Shown here one piece after another: positions 32,858 to 52,667 of a stretch of DNA of 64,000 bases. The DNA is taken from assembly GCF_009914755.1 (NCBI RefSeq), contig NC_060938.1; one strand, given 5' to 3'. Numbering within the stretch: position 1 is the stretch's first letter; every line of letters begins with the position of its first letter. Below the pieces are notes generated by a model. The model did no database searches. It saw only the letters and a program-made list of their open reading frames with translations, and was not told the DNA's origin. This DNA comes from the human T2T-CHM13v2.0 reference genome, Homo sapiens. The position numbers and the translations under genes are program-made.

Positions 32858-33130
32858 TCTTTTGTATAAAAATCATGGTTGTGTACTCCTTGTTAAGGTA
32901 GCTCAGCTGTAGGAGAAACTGTTTTTTGGATGTGGATCTGGAGATGGTGACTGGACTCTTGAGGAGTGGGTTGGATTGTGCACTCCCTCATGACCTGTGC
33001 ACCTGATTCGCTCCAGTCCCTTCCCCGGGGGGTGACGGATCCAGCTCCAGCAGGAAGCACTGGTTGTAATGGAGAAGCAGAGATGCCACAGGCCAGGGGG
33101 AGGATCTGTGAGGGCTTCACCAGGCCAGGA
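32858..33130 (-). pseudogene. IGHVII-22-1: Clan II (VH4-like) V remnant with frameshifts and degenerate RSS (heptamer CACAGCG at 32851-32857)
   Basis: Fragments PGLVKPSQILPLACGIS and SITTSASCWSWIRHPPGKGLE in different frames; no leader. Symbol assigned from position. Confidence 0.8.
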
Positions 33131-34184
33131 GTGCACCGAGAATCACAGTTGTCGGCATGCACAGGTTCTGAACAACATGTTGAAATTCACAAATTTGCAC
33201 ATTTTGATGAAAATGAAGAACTCACTGTTTTGCAATTTGTAGGTCCCCGAGAGCAAATAGCAGATTCAGAGGTTAGAATTAGATGAATATATGGTCACAT
33301 TTTTTCTTCAAACTTTCAACCAAATAAGAAAGACAAACTGCGGACAGAAGAATGGGTACTGGATTATTACCTCTGTCTATAATTACGGTGATTTTCAGAA
33401 TAAGATTGACCTGTGATAGCCCAAAGGGTGTCATAATCCCGAATCCACAATTAGACCTGAGCAGCAATCACGGGCAGTGGAGGTCGCCTCACATGAGGAA
33501 AGATCTGACTCTGCAAAGCTGTACACGGGGGTCTCTGCAGGCCCTTAGTTGTACAGGAACAGCTCCTCCCTCAGACTCAGAGTGAGGACAATGTGCTCTA
33601 TCTGGGGGAGGTGAGGGTTAGTGTGTGGAAAGAACCAAACTCACTCTAATCAGTATCTCTGTACTTGGACAGAAATCAAAGTTTACAAGAAATCATGAAC
33701 TTGGGGTAAAGCAGGAAATTACAATTGTTTGCAGGGTGCATGCTTGCTTCTCCATGTCGTCTAAGAGAACCAAGGAAAATCGTGATTTATTATGTACATT
33801 TCCATAAAAGGTGTTTCCACCCTGAGAACGCACCTCCTATACCTCCAATGTCAGGGAGCACGTGGACCAGGCACCCGGCACAGCTCTCTGACACCATCAC
33901 CCAGTTTTTGACAAAGAGACACATCCTGGAGCTCCTCCCAAACAATGACTGTGCACAGTGAAGTTGCTAACGCGTGGCTGCTGCTGGGCACATGGGAGAT
34001 TCCCGATGGACAGCTATGCTCTGGGAAGAACCAATGGCCTTGATGGAATTAGCTTGGACCACAGGGTTGTTAGTAAGCTTCATCAGACTCCCACCTTCTC
34101 CAGCACTCGTGGTGGGATTGGCATAGTGGGCTGACAGTGTCTACAGCCTCACCCGGCCTCCTGCACACTTTTCTGCCTCTTGTC

Positions 34185-34371
34185 TCTCCCCTACACTCCA
34201 CCACCTGCACCTCACACTAGACACCTACAAACATAGGGACATTTTGGTCCGAACCTGCCACACATAATCACTGTATTTTCACTCACATCCACTCATGCTT
34301 AATATCTCTAGTTCTCCATTATTTGCCTTTTAAAATAGCAACAAGAAAACCCAGCTCAGCCCTAACTCTAT
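34185..34371 (-). pseudogene. IGHVIII-22-2: Truncated clan III V remnant (leader, intron and about 9 FR1 codons)
   Basis: Start codon ATA, 1-nt leader deletion, GC donor, then GAGGTGCAGGTGGTGGAG before homology stops. The octamer is decayed (ATTTTCAC near 34497). Symbol assigned from position. Confidence 0.8.
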
Positions 34372-34679
34372 GGTGAGCCATGTGTGTTCAGAGCTGATTG
34401 TCAAATCAAAACTCCTGGTAATGCTGGACTGGGGCTCTTCTCCCAGAGCTGTAGGCTCAGGGCTGCGATGGTTTCCATCAGGAAAGGGAGGGCCCTATTT
34501 TCACGTCCCCTCCTCTGCAGCAAATGCTGAGGTGGGATGCCTGAGGAGAGAGCAGAGCCCAGGGCAGATGTGAGACTCCTGGAGGAGTTTAGTGTTGATG
34601 GCAGCATTTGGAAAATATAATTTCTTGTTATGTGATTTTCTCATTAAAATTACTAAGCAAATATTTTTATTTCTCTTTT

Positions 34680-36020
34680 ACATATTTGAAAAACTAGAAA
34701 TATAACTACATTTATGAAACTTTAAGATGTATAAAAGGAGAAATAGAAAACTATAAAAAAATTAGGAGACTTCAAAACCTCGCCTTCAATAATGTATAGA
34801 GCATCCACAGAAAAATTCTTAGGAAGCCCGTGGACTTAAGCACTCTCGAACAAACTGCCCTAACAGACATCTACGGAACATTCCAACCAACAGCAGCGTA
34901 ATATGCATGCTTCCCAAGCACACTAGAGATATTCCTCATGATGGGTTATATATTAGATAACAAATGACTCTCAGCGTTTAAAAAAGTGATGACAACCGTT
35001 CTCTAACTTTTTAAAAAATCCGTGAGGTCCCCACCTTCTAATCTCTTTCTAAGAGGCTCCAATCACTGTATTACCAGTAATAGACAAGGCAAAAGAAGAA
35101 AACCAAACTTCTGACAAATGTTCTTAGTATATGTAAACAAGCTACTCCCAATTCATAGTCAACCAAGTTCTATAAGACTTTAAAAGGATTGTACACCATG
35201 ACAAGCTCCAAATTATTTTTGAGATGCGCTGATGAATCAATATCTTCAAATCAATAAATCTGATGTGGTAAATTAAGAGAATAAAGGAAAAGCATCAGTT
35301 AACTTCTCACCAGACATAGAAAATAACATTTAAAAAATTCAAGATCTCATAATAAAACCTCTAAAAGTTAGGAATACAAGAATATAACCTGTATATAATA
35401 AAAGTCATTATTTAAAGCCATACTTTTATATGGAAGAGTGAAAGGTTAAAATATTTTGCTATAGCATCTGTAAAAAGGCAAAAATAAACTTACATCTTAC
35501 TTCCAGATTTCAAAAGTAATAACAAAAGTAGAATAATAAAAACAGGATGGAGTTGGCATAAATATGTAGAAAGAGCTCAGAAATAAACTGATGTATCAAT
35601 GGCAAACTGATTTTCAGCATAAGAACCCACAATATAAAACAGATAAACCAAGTCTCTCCCTATGAATGTGTTAGAAAAACTGGATGTACACATGCAAAGA
35701 GTTAAGAATTTTGGGTTAGAATAAACACAAAAATCACTCTGAATGGGCCAGATATTTAAACATATGGCCTGCAATTGTAAAATTTCCCCAACCCAGAAAA
35801 TAATATATTAACAATGATTTCCTATATTTCACATTAAAGGCACAGACAACAAAAGCAGAATTAAACAGGTGGAACTACATCACAACAAAAAGATTCTACA
35901 AAGTGTGGAAATAATTCCAACCTACAGAATGGGAAAATATAATTGCAAGCCATGCATCTGAAAAAGGGATGACATCCAAAAATACATGCAACATCTACCA
36001 CTCATTAGCAAAATCATATT
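34680..36020 (+). mobile_element. Old L1M ORF2 fragments
   Basis: ORF2-like remnants such as ACAGACATCTACGGAACATTCCA and CAACCTACAGAATGGGAAAA. Confidence 0.65.
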
Positions 36021-36386
36021 TGCCTGATTGGATAGTGATCACTTTTTCACCTTAAAAAATTATGAACATAGATCTCATGTTAAAGATTCTTCCCTCTGGG
36101 TAATGGTAAATTTGATGGTACACTTGGTTAGGATAGACTTTGTAGTTATTCACTGCAACACTAATATATGTGGTGCTGTGAATTTACTTAAGACAAGCAA
36201 AACAGGTGGGCCTGATTCCATCAGAGCAGAACTGGAGAAAATGAAATTCCATGGTGTTTCAGCAGCTTTGCCTCTCTCTGGGACCTCCAGCCTGCACTTA
36301 TTGATGGATGATCTTCTGGACACTGGGTATTCCCAGACATCTCCAAAAACTGTCATCCTCCACATCTCACAGAAAAGTGGCATGTC

Positions 36387-36740
36387 TTTTGTCCTTGCGA
36401 TAGTTTGCTGAGAATGATAGAAGGATGGTTTCCAGTTTCTTCCGTGTCCCTACAAAGGACATGAACTCATCATTTTTTTCCTCACTCATAGGTGGGAATT
36501 GAACAATGAGAACACATGGACACAGGAAGAGGAACATCACACTCCAGGGACTGTTGTGGGGTGGGGGTAGTGGGGAGGGAGAGCATTAGGAGGTATACCT
36601 AATGCTAAATGACGAGTTAATGGGTGGAGCACAACAACATGGCACATGTATACATATGTAACAAACCTGCATTGTTCACAGGTACCCTAAAACTTAAAGT
36701 ACAAGAATAATAAAATTTTTAAAAAAAGTCATAAAAAAAG
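36387..36740. mobile_element. Short twin-primed L1PA (inverted 36387-36479, sense 36480-36739)
   Basis: 13-bp TSD AAAGTGGCATGTC at 36374-36386 and 36741-36753; L1PA 3'UTR sequence in both orientations. Confidence 0.9.
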
Positions 36741-37865
36741 AAAGTGGCATGTCCATCTGTAGCTTGTCAACCCTGAATAACAGAGAGAGAGAGACTCTAA
36801 AATATAATAATATGTATTCTAGGAAGTGTATTGCAATTGAAATGTATGGGTGCATTCAGGTTGGTATAGGAAGATAAAGAATAAAGGAAAAATGAGGAGG
36901 GTCACATCAGCTGTTTAAGACAATTGTCCTGGGCTAGAAGGATCAATAACAGGGGCACATCGGTGTAAAGTTGAACAGGGAGTTGCTGGGCAGATACACT
37001 GGGAGAAGTAATTCTTTTAATGTTGTGGTGGCTTCTGTGCAAGGTTATGGTTGTGCAGAGTCTATTTATGGTAGTTCTTATTATCAGGAATATGTGTGTT
37101 AGAACCCTCCTTCATGGCCTTCCCCAGCTTCATTCATTAGGGCTTTAACACAAGTGGCTCCATCTTGATTCTGATAAATTTCACCAGCTCTTTCTAACAC
37201 TACTTCTGAAGCAGACGACTCTGACACTGTGCACGGAACAGGGTTAACTCCACATCCACATCCCATTTTGATCAAATGAGTTTGTCCCCTTCAGTATTAA
37301 TGGTCAACTGCATTCCCAGATGAGCCTACACACAACACAGTGGAGGGTCCTGAGAAAATGGGGAGAGAAGGAAGTCCCATCAGCCTCTCCCACGTGGCTG
37401 CAGGAGCCACAGCCTGAGCCCCACCTGAGCTCCAAGAAAATGCCTTGAGCCCTGGAATGTGGACCAAGGGGACCATCTGTTTCTTTTTCAGGAAAGAGGA
37501 AAAGCAAATAAAAAAGGGAGAAGAAACTCTCCAAAGAAAGAACATGGATTGGGAGCAAAAGGAGCACCAGGTCAGTGCTGATGCTGATTGGCTTTAGTGT
37601 CAGGAGAAGGGTCAGACGTGGAACCTGTGAGGTTCTACATGACTCTGGCCCTGGCCCATCCTCTCTGTTAGATGTGATCAAAACTCATAAAGGCTGTCCC
37701 TGAGGTTTCTGTCCCAGGACTGATTGCGGAAGAGTCACCAGGCACCCCTGAGTTTCCTCAGGACTCTCATCCTGGTGACCATGGTTGAGAACTTTTCATC
37801 TCTGTAAGCGTCAATCTGCATTTGGTGCGTGTGAGAATAGGTGCTCATATTAAAATGATCTTTTA

Positions 37866-43378
<5,513 letters not shown>

Positions 43379-44804
43379 GAAGACCAGAAATCAGAAGGTG
43401 ATAAAGGGACAATTATATTTGAATAATCTGGAGATAGGAAGTGTATTTGGTATTCTTCTCCTTCTATTTCTCTATGAAGATGAAATGGAAAAATGACGTC
43501 TCCATGTGAAATGGGACACAAAGTTTTTAAGATGATTCTGAAGGAAAGTTGCTAACACAATCTCTCAGGTGATGTTCCAACACAGGCTGTGGAGGGGATG
43601 GTGGCCGCCAGTGGTTGCTGTCAGCCACAAGGTTGGTTGGCGTGGCCATTATTTTGTCCATGAGAGACAGTAGGCTATAATTTACTACATGCAGGTGCGT
43701 TTCTTAATCTCAGATAAGGGGAGAACATGAGAACACAGACGACAGGAAATTTGAAGATCTCACTACATCAACCAAATTCCACTGAGGAGAACTTGTCACT
43801 GAGAGACCCGGGGATACGCAGGGAGTGGAGAGGAGTTTGGGGGATACTATCCATGAAAGAACCAATCCAAGCTCGTCGACCTCCCCATGGAAGGAGAGGT
43901 TAAATGTTTGTTCACAGAGAATGGTGGCTTATGTCAGGGTTCCCACAGGATCCAGAAATAGTTTCTAATAACAAACATCATATTATATTTAGAATTGATT
44001 TATTTTTTATAATTTATTTTGCCCCTCTAGTCAGCGCCACAGAAGAATGTTCTCAGAATCCTTCCTGATCCTCTGTGAGTTCCTGGTGCAGCTCCTGGAG
44101 GAAAAGGCTGTGTGGGAGGGAGCCCTCCTCATGTGCAGCCCTGAGGCAGTCCCGTCACCTCACCCACCACTGCCCTTCAGTCACTTCCTGAACACTTATG
44201 AGTTAACCTTCCTGAAACGTGGCATTTGGCAGTGCTTTCCCAGGTAATAAAATACTTCCATTCTGTTTATCCTTGCAGGCCCCTGTCCGTTTCTGGAGCA
44301 CGGGTTGCAGCTGAGTGTGTGGTAGTGGATAATCAGTGGGAGGAGGTTTGTGTGCATCTTGTCATCTTCCAGAGTGCACCCTTCATGGGGTTGACACTGA
44401 CAAGCACGCAGATGGGCTTGCTCAGCTGGAAGATGACAGGCATTTTTGTAACCTTTGACCCCAGGAAGGCTCTCCCACTGCAAGACCAATCAGGCTTAAG
44501 CCTCTGGCTAAAGTGCAGCCAGCAAAGGGTACAGTGCCCAACCCTGAGAGCTCCTTCCAGGTGCCAAACCACTTTGTAAAGGAAGCTTTTTTCCTGCATG
44601 GATCCCATGGATGTGTCTGCATTTTCTGCACAAAGGGCTTTATCCAGAAACACCCCCCAAGAGCTTACAATGTTTTGAATCCAACTGTAGGGCATTATTC
44701 ACGAAGGCCCTCATGACCAAAGTCTCCACTTCTCATTAAAGGACATTAATTATGGGATTCACCAGAAGCTGCTGGCTTTCCAAGGTACAGACCTGCCTCT
44801 ACAC

Positions 44805-45242
44805 CAGTGTCCCCAACCATTTTGGCACCAGGGAACAGTTTGGTAGAAGAGAATTTTTCCATGGATGATGGCGGTGGGTGGTTTTGGGATGAACTTGTTC
44901 CCCCTGCAATCGTCAGGCATTAGATTCTCATAGGGAGCGCTCAGTCTAGGCCCCTTGTATGTGCAGGTCACAATAGAATTCGATGAATGCAGCAAACCAA
45001 CATAGCACATGTATACCTATGTAACAAACCTGTACGTTATGCACATGTACCCTAGAATTAAAGTATATATATAAAAAAAGTGAATTCGGCTCGTAGGAGA
45101 ATCTAATGCACAGCTGATCCGACAGGAGACAGAGCTCAGGCAGCGATGCTGGCTCGCCCCCACTCATCTCCAGCTGTGTGGCCCAGTTCCTAACGCACTG
45201 CACACCTTAACGGATCCACAGCACGGGGACTGGGGACCCCCG
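44805..45242 (-). mobile_element. MER1B (hAT-Charlie) DNA transposon with a short L1 3'-end insertion (about 44984-45079)
   Basis: Terminal inverted repeats CAGTGTCCCCAA / TGGGGACCCCCG, 8-bp TSD CTCTACAC/CTGTAAAC and internal GCATTAGATTCTCATAG. The L1 tail is flanked by GAATTCG repeats. Confidence 0.8.
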
Positions 45243-46008
45243 CTGTAAACACTGGGAAACCTTACCATTGGGGAAGAGGCATATAAAACCAGGAGAAAGA
45301 GGAGCTCCATGTAAATGTACATTTTATGGATCCTTGAGGAAAGAGTGCAAAGAGGAATGGTCCCACCCACTTTCCTTCTACCTGGCATCATTCCCAGTAA
45401 CCCACTTGAAGAATCCACTTGAACCTGGGGTGCTTCAAGATAGTTGAGGCTTGTTATACCAGGGACCACCAGAAAAGGAAACAACCAATGTGTCTGTGGA
45501 GATTCATCCTCTGTAACCGATTTATGACACTGGTGCAGGGTGTTGATAGCAGAGAAGGCTGAGCGTCGGGGGGCAGGAGTGCATGGGAACTCTGTTTCTT
45601 CTACTCAAACTTGTTGTGATCCTAAAACTCCTTTAAAATAAATTCAATGTAAAAGGAAGGGCAAAGACATTTTGGAAGAAATTTCGGCCACTTCTTGGAA
45701 ATTATATTTAGTCTTACCATGAGATCAAGCAATCCTGTTTCTAATGATTTATAGATCCAATTATAAAATGTATGTCCCCACAAAGCCCCCATGGGAATGT
45801 TTGCATCAGCTTGATTGATGGCTGCCTTTCCCACTCTGTGAGTGTTACTTATAGGGTGACAGTTGAAAATACTATTTCCTACATAATGACAGTGTACACA
45901 TCTTTCCATTGCTGTTTTACTCAATTACTCAACCCATTTTCTAAACAGATTTAAACTTCATAAATCCTGTCATCTCCTCAGCCTCAGCACAGCTGCCTCA
46001 TTCCTCAG

Positions 46009-46485
<477 letters not shown>

Positions 46486-46566
46486 GGTGAGGTGCTGCGC
46501 TCTGGGGGCTTCTGTAGGGGAGGGATGTGGCTGTTGTGTGATGGTCTCTGGGCAAGGAAAGATCTG

Positions 46567-46599
46567 TATTTACCTCGGTAGACAGCAGTGCATTTGCAT
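46567..46599 (-). promoter_or_regulatory. IGHV1-24 promoter: octamer (46592-46599) and TATA-like TAAATA (46567-46572)
   Basis: ATGCAAAT followed about 19 bp later by TAAATA on the minus strand. Confidence 0.88.
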
Positions 46600-47119
46600 A
46601 TTCATGAGGCAGGTTTTTCATAGCTCAGGCCACGCCACCCTGAGGAAGAAGATAGGTGACATGTGGACCACGCCACAGTGGGATGCTGAGCTCCCTGCCC
46701 TGAACTTTGTTTAATATTTGTCCTCTGACATGCCCAGAAGTCCATGAAGACAGAACTCCTCTCACAGAAACCCAGAATCTCACAGGACATGGTCCTCAAT
46801 GTGATTCCCTGTTCATATGGCTCACTGTCTACCTGAACTTTTCCTGAGCCTTGCCCTCTGCACATCTAACTTCTGGGATGAGTGTGTCTCCGGACAGTAA
46901 CACCCATTGAATTAATAAAACCACCCCTCAATTCCTAACTAGAAATACATTTGAAAGACCTAGACATTTCTCCTTTTAAATCCGGTTTGCATTAAATTAT
47001 TGGGTTAGGTATAGGCTGCGTATACAATAAAATACTTACAGGCACATCAGTACTTGCTAAATTCTTATTTAAATGTTAGGTCATTATTGCTTTGAAATAA
47101 GGAACATTCAATTCCTGAG

Positions 47120-47235
47120 AGAAAACCCTGCCCCAGCCTCCTGTGCACCTGCCCCAGGGCTGGGTCCTGTGCTGGGTGCTCCCTGAGCGCCCCCTGCCGC
47201 TCAGCTCCTGCCCTGCAGGGAAGTTCCTGTCTGGG
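47120..47235 (-). promoter_or_regulatory. Orphan VH 3'-flank relic with an intact CTCF motif (47187-47200) and decayed nonamer
   Basis: Reads GCACCTGCCCC..CTGAGCGCCCCCTGCCGCT..CCCTGCAGGGAAGTTCCTGTCTGGG, the same layout as the V-proximal flanks, but with no heptamer or V exon. Confidence 0.75.
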
Positions 47236-48572
47236 AACTTTTTCCTCCTGTCAGAGAACTTTTTCCTCCCAGAATCTCAAGCTCAGTAGGAAGGGGCTGT
47301 GCCCTGGCTCAGAATGCTCTTTCAGTGACAGAAATTGTTTCCCCCACCACCTCTTACAATAGAAAATAGGCCTTAGAAAACCCAACATAATCTACAGGGA
47401 GACCTCAGCACGGCAAGCAAGGAATCATAAAAGCCATCAGGGAGCCCCTTCCCTGGAGCTCCGGATCCACTGATACGGTCCAGACACATGGCGAGTCCAG
47501 GAACTGATGGGACTTTGGGGAAGGCTCTTTTTTTTAGGATTCTGTGGTTGAAGATTTTATCGATTATAACTTTACCCACAGACCCTATGTCTCAAAGCTC
47601 ACCACCACACACACTCACAGTGGCATATTTGCATAGTAACTGGCCTCGAATTTGCCCTCCTTCTTAGTGTCTTGCCAGTGAAAAGTGCTTCCAACACTGA
47701 TCCTAGTCCTGGTTATGTTTGTTGTGGTTTTGCTTTTTCCAAACAGCTAAAGCGAGCTAGGTACTAATGGAGATTTGGAAAGTGCCTTCATGTTCTCTTT
47801 GCCAGTTCTCACCTGCGCACCCTGCAGATGCCCCATGAGAGGTAAATCTAATTTCAGTGAGGGAGAGGATGTGACCTTGTTCCTGAAGCTGTTGGTCTAA
47901 GAGGTTTTAAGTCACTTTACTGTCCTTGACTTTTTCTCTCCCACTGCCTTTGGTTTCCCTAAATTCTAGTCCTTAGATGGAGTCTGTGCCTTTCCACACT
48001 TTTCTCTTTAATCCAGATTAATCATATTGGTGGTGAGGTGATGTGGTGGGTAGGGGAGCAGTATATGTTCTGGAAATTGAATTCCAATGATTTCTTGCTA
48101 TTCTTTCTCTAGGCTGTACCATTTACAAGGAGTATTCAGTGGTACAGCTGATTTTCCTCCGTCCTCCACTCCCCCTCCTGGCTGCAGCATCCACAGATTA
48201 TTTTCTTGAATCTGACCCCAGATGTTTTATTAATTATACTCCTTTTCATGACTCAGGAAGGCTAAGATGAAGCTGTCTGGGATGGAAAAGAATCCCTTCC
48301 CCTCACAGAATAAAGATCTTGAAAAGTATTTTTTCCCTATAGGGTCTGTCTGGAGGAAGTTCTGGGCATACTTATCAGAGTATAGTTCTCCTGATGACAG
48401 AGCCATGAGGGAATCTGTTTGGATTCTCATCTTGAGAACCCAGAAGTTTCTGGAGGGAAATTCCATCAGAGTGGGGTGTGCAGCCCCCAGGACTTCTTAC
48501 CCTACCCTATCCACACTTGTCTTCCAGGCATTTATGGAATTGCCATATAACTCTTCCCAACAGCTTGTGCTT

Positions 48573-49035
48573 TCAACGGAAGAATCACCCAGTTTATAAA
48601 TTTAGAAAGGAGACTTTATTTCTCAGAAAGGGTTGAAGCTGCAGGATGGCCATCTTAACAGGCTGGGAAGGAAAGCCTCCCACAGAGACTGTGAGCAGGC
48701 ACTTTAAGAGAGGGAAAGATGAGAAACAAATTTGTGCAAATGGATTGGTCGAGTGTACACACTCAGCAGGCTATAGAAGGAGCTATGGATATTCACATGG
48801 AGTGGAGGCTCTCATGTCTAATAAGCAAACACACATGATACATGCATTTCAGCTTTGCTTTGGGGTGAGGACTTAAGAACTAAATGAATTACAGTTGGGT
48901 CCTGCATATCAAAAGGGCTTTGTGCAGGGGCAGAAAGACACACAGTGCACAGCCTCTGGAAATTGGCCAGGACAAGTCCATGGTCAGTGGTCTCTTCACA
49001 GGAGAAAGTTACTGAAATCAGTCTCTTGGCCAATC
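48573..49035 (-). mobile_element. Probable ERV1 (MER4-group-like) LTR
   Basis: Antisense AATAAA (GGAGACTTTATTTC) and LTR-like composition; subfamily uncertain. Confidence 0.45.
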
Positions 49036-49896
49036 AAAGCTCTCTTTATGGCTGTGGATCATTCTTGCCAACATTTCTTATCTTTTGTCTTGCTGATAAT
49101 AGCCATTTTAAGTGGTGTGAGGTGATATGTCATTGTGCTTTTGATTCGAATTCCTCTGACAATTAGTCATCTTGAGGACATTTTTATGCTCTGTTTTTCA
49201 TGCATGTGTCTTCTGAAAAAAATCTATTCAGGTTTTTGCTCTTTTTATGAGGTCATTTGATATTTGCTATTGAGTTGTATGGATTATTTATACATTTTGA
49301 TAGAACTTCTTGTCAGATATATAATTGCATGTAGTTTTTTGCTGGGCTTGCTTTTGGGATTAACTTCAAATAAATCATTTCTGAATCAATGACATGAATT
49401 ATTTTTCCATGTTGTCTATGAGTTTATGGTTTCATGTTATGTTTATTTTTGTTGATTTTTGTATATGGTGTTAGAGAAGGTCTAATTTTATTTATTTTGC
49501 ATATGGATGTCCAGTTTTTACATCATTTGTTGGGAGACTGTCCTTCCTTCATTGTGTGTCCTTGGGATACAAAATCAGGAAGATACATAATTAAAAAAGA
49601 AAACATCAGATGAATATTCTTGGTGAACATAGACCTAAAATTTCTCAACAAAATACTAACAAATAGAATCCAGAAGCACTTTAAAATGTGATACGTCATG
49701 ATCAAGTAGGCTTTACCCCTGGAAGGCAAGTTTCATTCAACATCCACAATTCAGTAACTGTGATTCTCCATGTAAGCAAAATAAAAGCAAAAAACATATG
49801 ATTTTCTCAATACATGCTGAGAAAGCTTTTGATGAGATCCAACATTCACTCATAAAAACTCTCAAAAGACTAGGCATCAAAAAATACCTCAAAATA

Positions 49897-50220
<324 letters not shown>

Positions 50221-50380
50221 CTATGACAAAACCACACTCAACATTATACTGAGTGAGCAAAAGCTCAAACCCCTTGAGAACTGAAATAAGACAAGGATGC
50301 CCTCTCTCACCACTCCTATTGAGCATACTACTGGAAATCGTAGTCAGAGCAACCAGGCAATAGAAAAAATAAAACGGAGC

Positions 50381-50739
50381 TGATATGGTTTGTATTTGCA
50401 TCCCCACCCAAATTTCATGTCAAATTGTTATTCCCAGTGTTGGAGGTGGGGACTGGTGAGGGATGATTAGATCATGGGGATGCTTCACCCTCTTTTGTGC
50501 TGTTCCCATGACAGAGCCCTCAGGAGATGTGGTTTCCAAGTACTTGGCACCTACCTCCTCTCTCTTCCTGCTCCAGCCATGTAAGACATGATGCTTCCCT
50601 TTCTGTCATGACTGTTGGGTTCCTGAGGCCTCCCCAGCCATGCTTCCTGTACAGCCTGCAGAACCATGAGACAATTAAAAATCTTTATAAATTATGCAGT
50701 CTCAGGTGTTTCTTTATAGTGTGCAAATAGACTAATACA
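50381..50739 (+). mobile_element. MST/THE1 solo LTR
   Basis: TGATATGGTTTG..GACTAATACA. Confidence 0.85.
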
Positions 50740-51519
50740 ACATCTAAATGGGAAAAGAAGTAGATATATCTGTCCAAACTGATGATATAATTCTACACAT
50801 AGAAAATTCTAAAGACTCTGCCAAAATAATTCTAAAATAGATAAACAACTTTGGTAGAGTCTCAGGATACAAACTTAATGTACAAGAATCACTAACATTT
50901 CTATACCCAACTATGTCCAAGCTGAGAGTGAAATCAAGAACACAGTCTTATCCCACTTACAATATTCACACACACACAAATGAAATGCCTGGAAATACAG
51001 GTAACAAACAAGGTGAAAGATCTCTACAAGGAGAACTACAAAACACAGCATAAATAAATAAATAAATCATACATGACACAAATAAATGGGAAAACATTTC
51101 ATGCTTATGGATTAGAAGAAGGAATATTGTAAAAATTATCATACTGTCTAAAGCAATTTACAGATTCAGTACTATTTACATAAAACTATCAACATCATTG
51201 ATCACAGAATTAGAAAAAATAATCTATTCTAAAATTTGTATGGAACCAAAAAAGACCCTGAATAGCCAAAGCAATGCTAAGCAAAAAGAACAACGCCAGA
51301 GGCATCATGATACCCAACTTTAAGCTACACCATAATGACATGGTAACAAAAACAGCTTGGTACTGGTACAAGAGCAGATATGCAGAAGAAACGGAACAAA
51401 ATAGGAAACAGAAATAAAGCTGCACACCTAAACCGTCTGATACTTCATAAGGCTGACAAAAACAAACAATGTGGAAAAAAACCTCTGTGTTCAGTAAATG
51501 GTGCTGGGATAACTGGATT

Positions 51520-52667
51520 CTGGCAGATATGCAGAATGCAAGAGTGAAGGAGGCTGGGCAGTTTCTACCTAGATTTCAGAAGATGTGTAGAGAACCCTAT
51601 GTGCCCAGGAGGAAGCTTGCTACAGGACTGGATCCACCACAAACAACCTCTACGAAGGCAGTACCAAAGATGGGGAAAGATGGGGTTGGAACCCCATTCA
51701 GAGTCCCCACTAGGGCACTTCATAGTGGAGCTACAGAAATGCAGCCACAACCCTCAAGATCCCAGAATGGTAGATCCAAAGGCAGCTTGTACTCCCAACC
51801 TGGAACTACTTCTGGCACTTGACTCTGGCCTGTGTTATTAGCCCCATGGAATGTGCCCAGCCATAAGGATGAGATGCCTGAGGATTTTGGGACCCACTTT
51901 GTCCTGGTGTACCCTGACTAAGAACATAAAGTCAAGATAGATTATTTTGTAGCTTTAAGATTTAATATCTGTCCTGCTAGGCTTTAGGTGTGTGTGGGGC
52001 CTTTGGCCAATTTATTCCTTTTGTATTGACAATATTTACCCAATGGCAATATTGCACCTTGGAAGTACATAACTCTTTAAAACATTTTGCCAGCACGCAG
52101 CTGGAGGGAAATTGCCTTAAGACCCTGGCGAGACTTTGTAATTTTCAGTTGGAGGTTGATCAAGTTAACACTTTTGGGAACTATTTTAAAAAAAGATGAT
52201 TTTGCAATCTTACAAGGATTTGAGACCAGGGGACACAAGAGTGAAATGCTACAGTTTAGGTGATTGTCCCTTCCAAATCTCATGGTGAAATGTGATCCAA
52301 AATATTTGAGGTGGGTCCTAGTAGGAGTTTTTGGATTGTGGGGAAAAGATCCTTCAGGTATGGCTTGGTATCAACCCCATGGTAATTAGTGAATTATTTC
52401 TTTATTAGCTAATTTGAAATCTGATTGTTAAAAACAGTCTAGCGACCCTCCTCCCCTCTTCTGTGCCCCCTCTCACCACAGGACACCGCCTGCTTCCCCT
52501 TTGCCTTCCACCATGACCGTAAGCTTCCTGAGGCCCTCACAAGAAGCAGATGCTGGTGCCATGCTTCTCACACAGCCTCCAAAACTGTAAGCCAAATAAG
52601 CCTCTTTTCTTTGTAAATCACTTGGCCTCAGGCATTAATTTATAGCAATGCACAGTAGACTAATACA
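51520..52667 (+). mobile_element. MST internal fragment plus MSTB-like LTR (52247-52667)
   Basis: The internal part resembles the MaLR internal region at 21600-22330. The LTR reads TGCTACAGTTT..GAAGCAGATGCTGGTGCCATGC..GACTAATACA. Confidence 0.8.

Noticed and set aside
44345-44385. GGTTTGTGT nonamer-like sequence as an orphan RSS
   Set aside because: There is no CACTGTG-like heptamer at 12- or 23-bp spacing and no V remnant.
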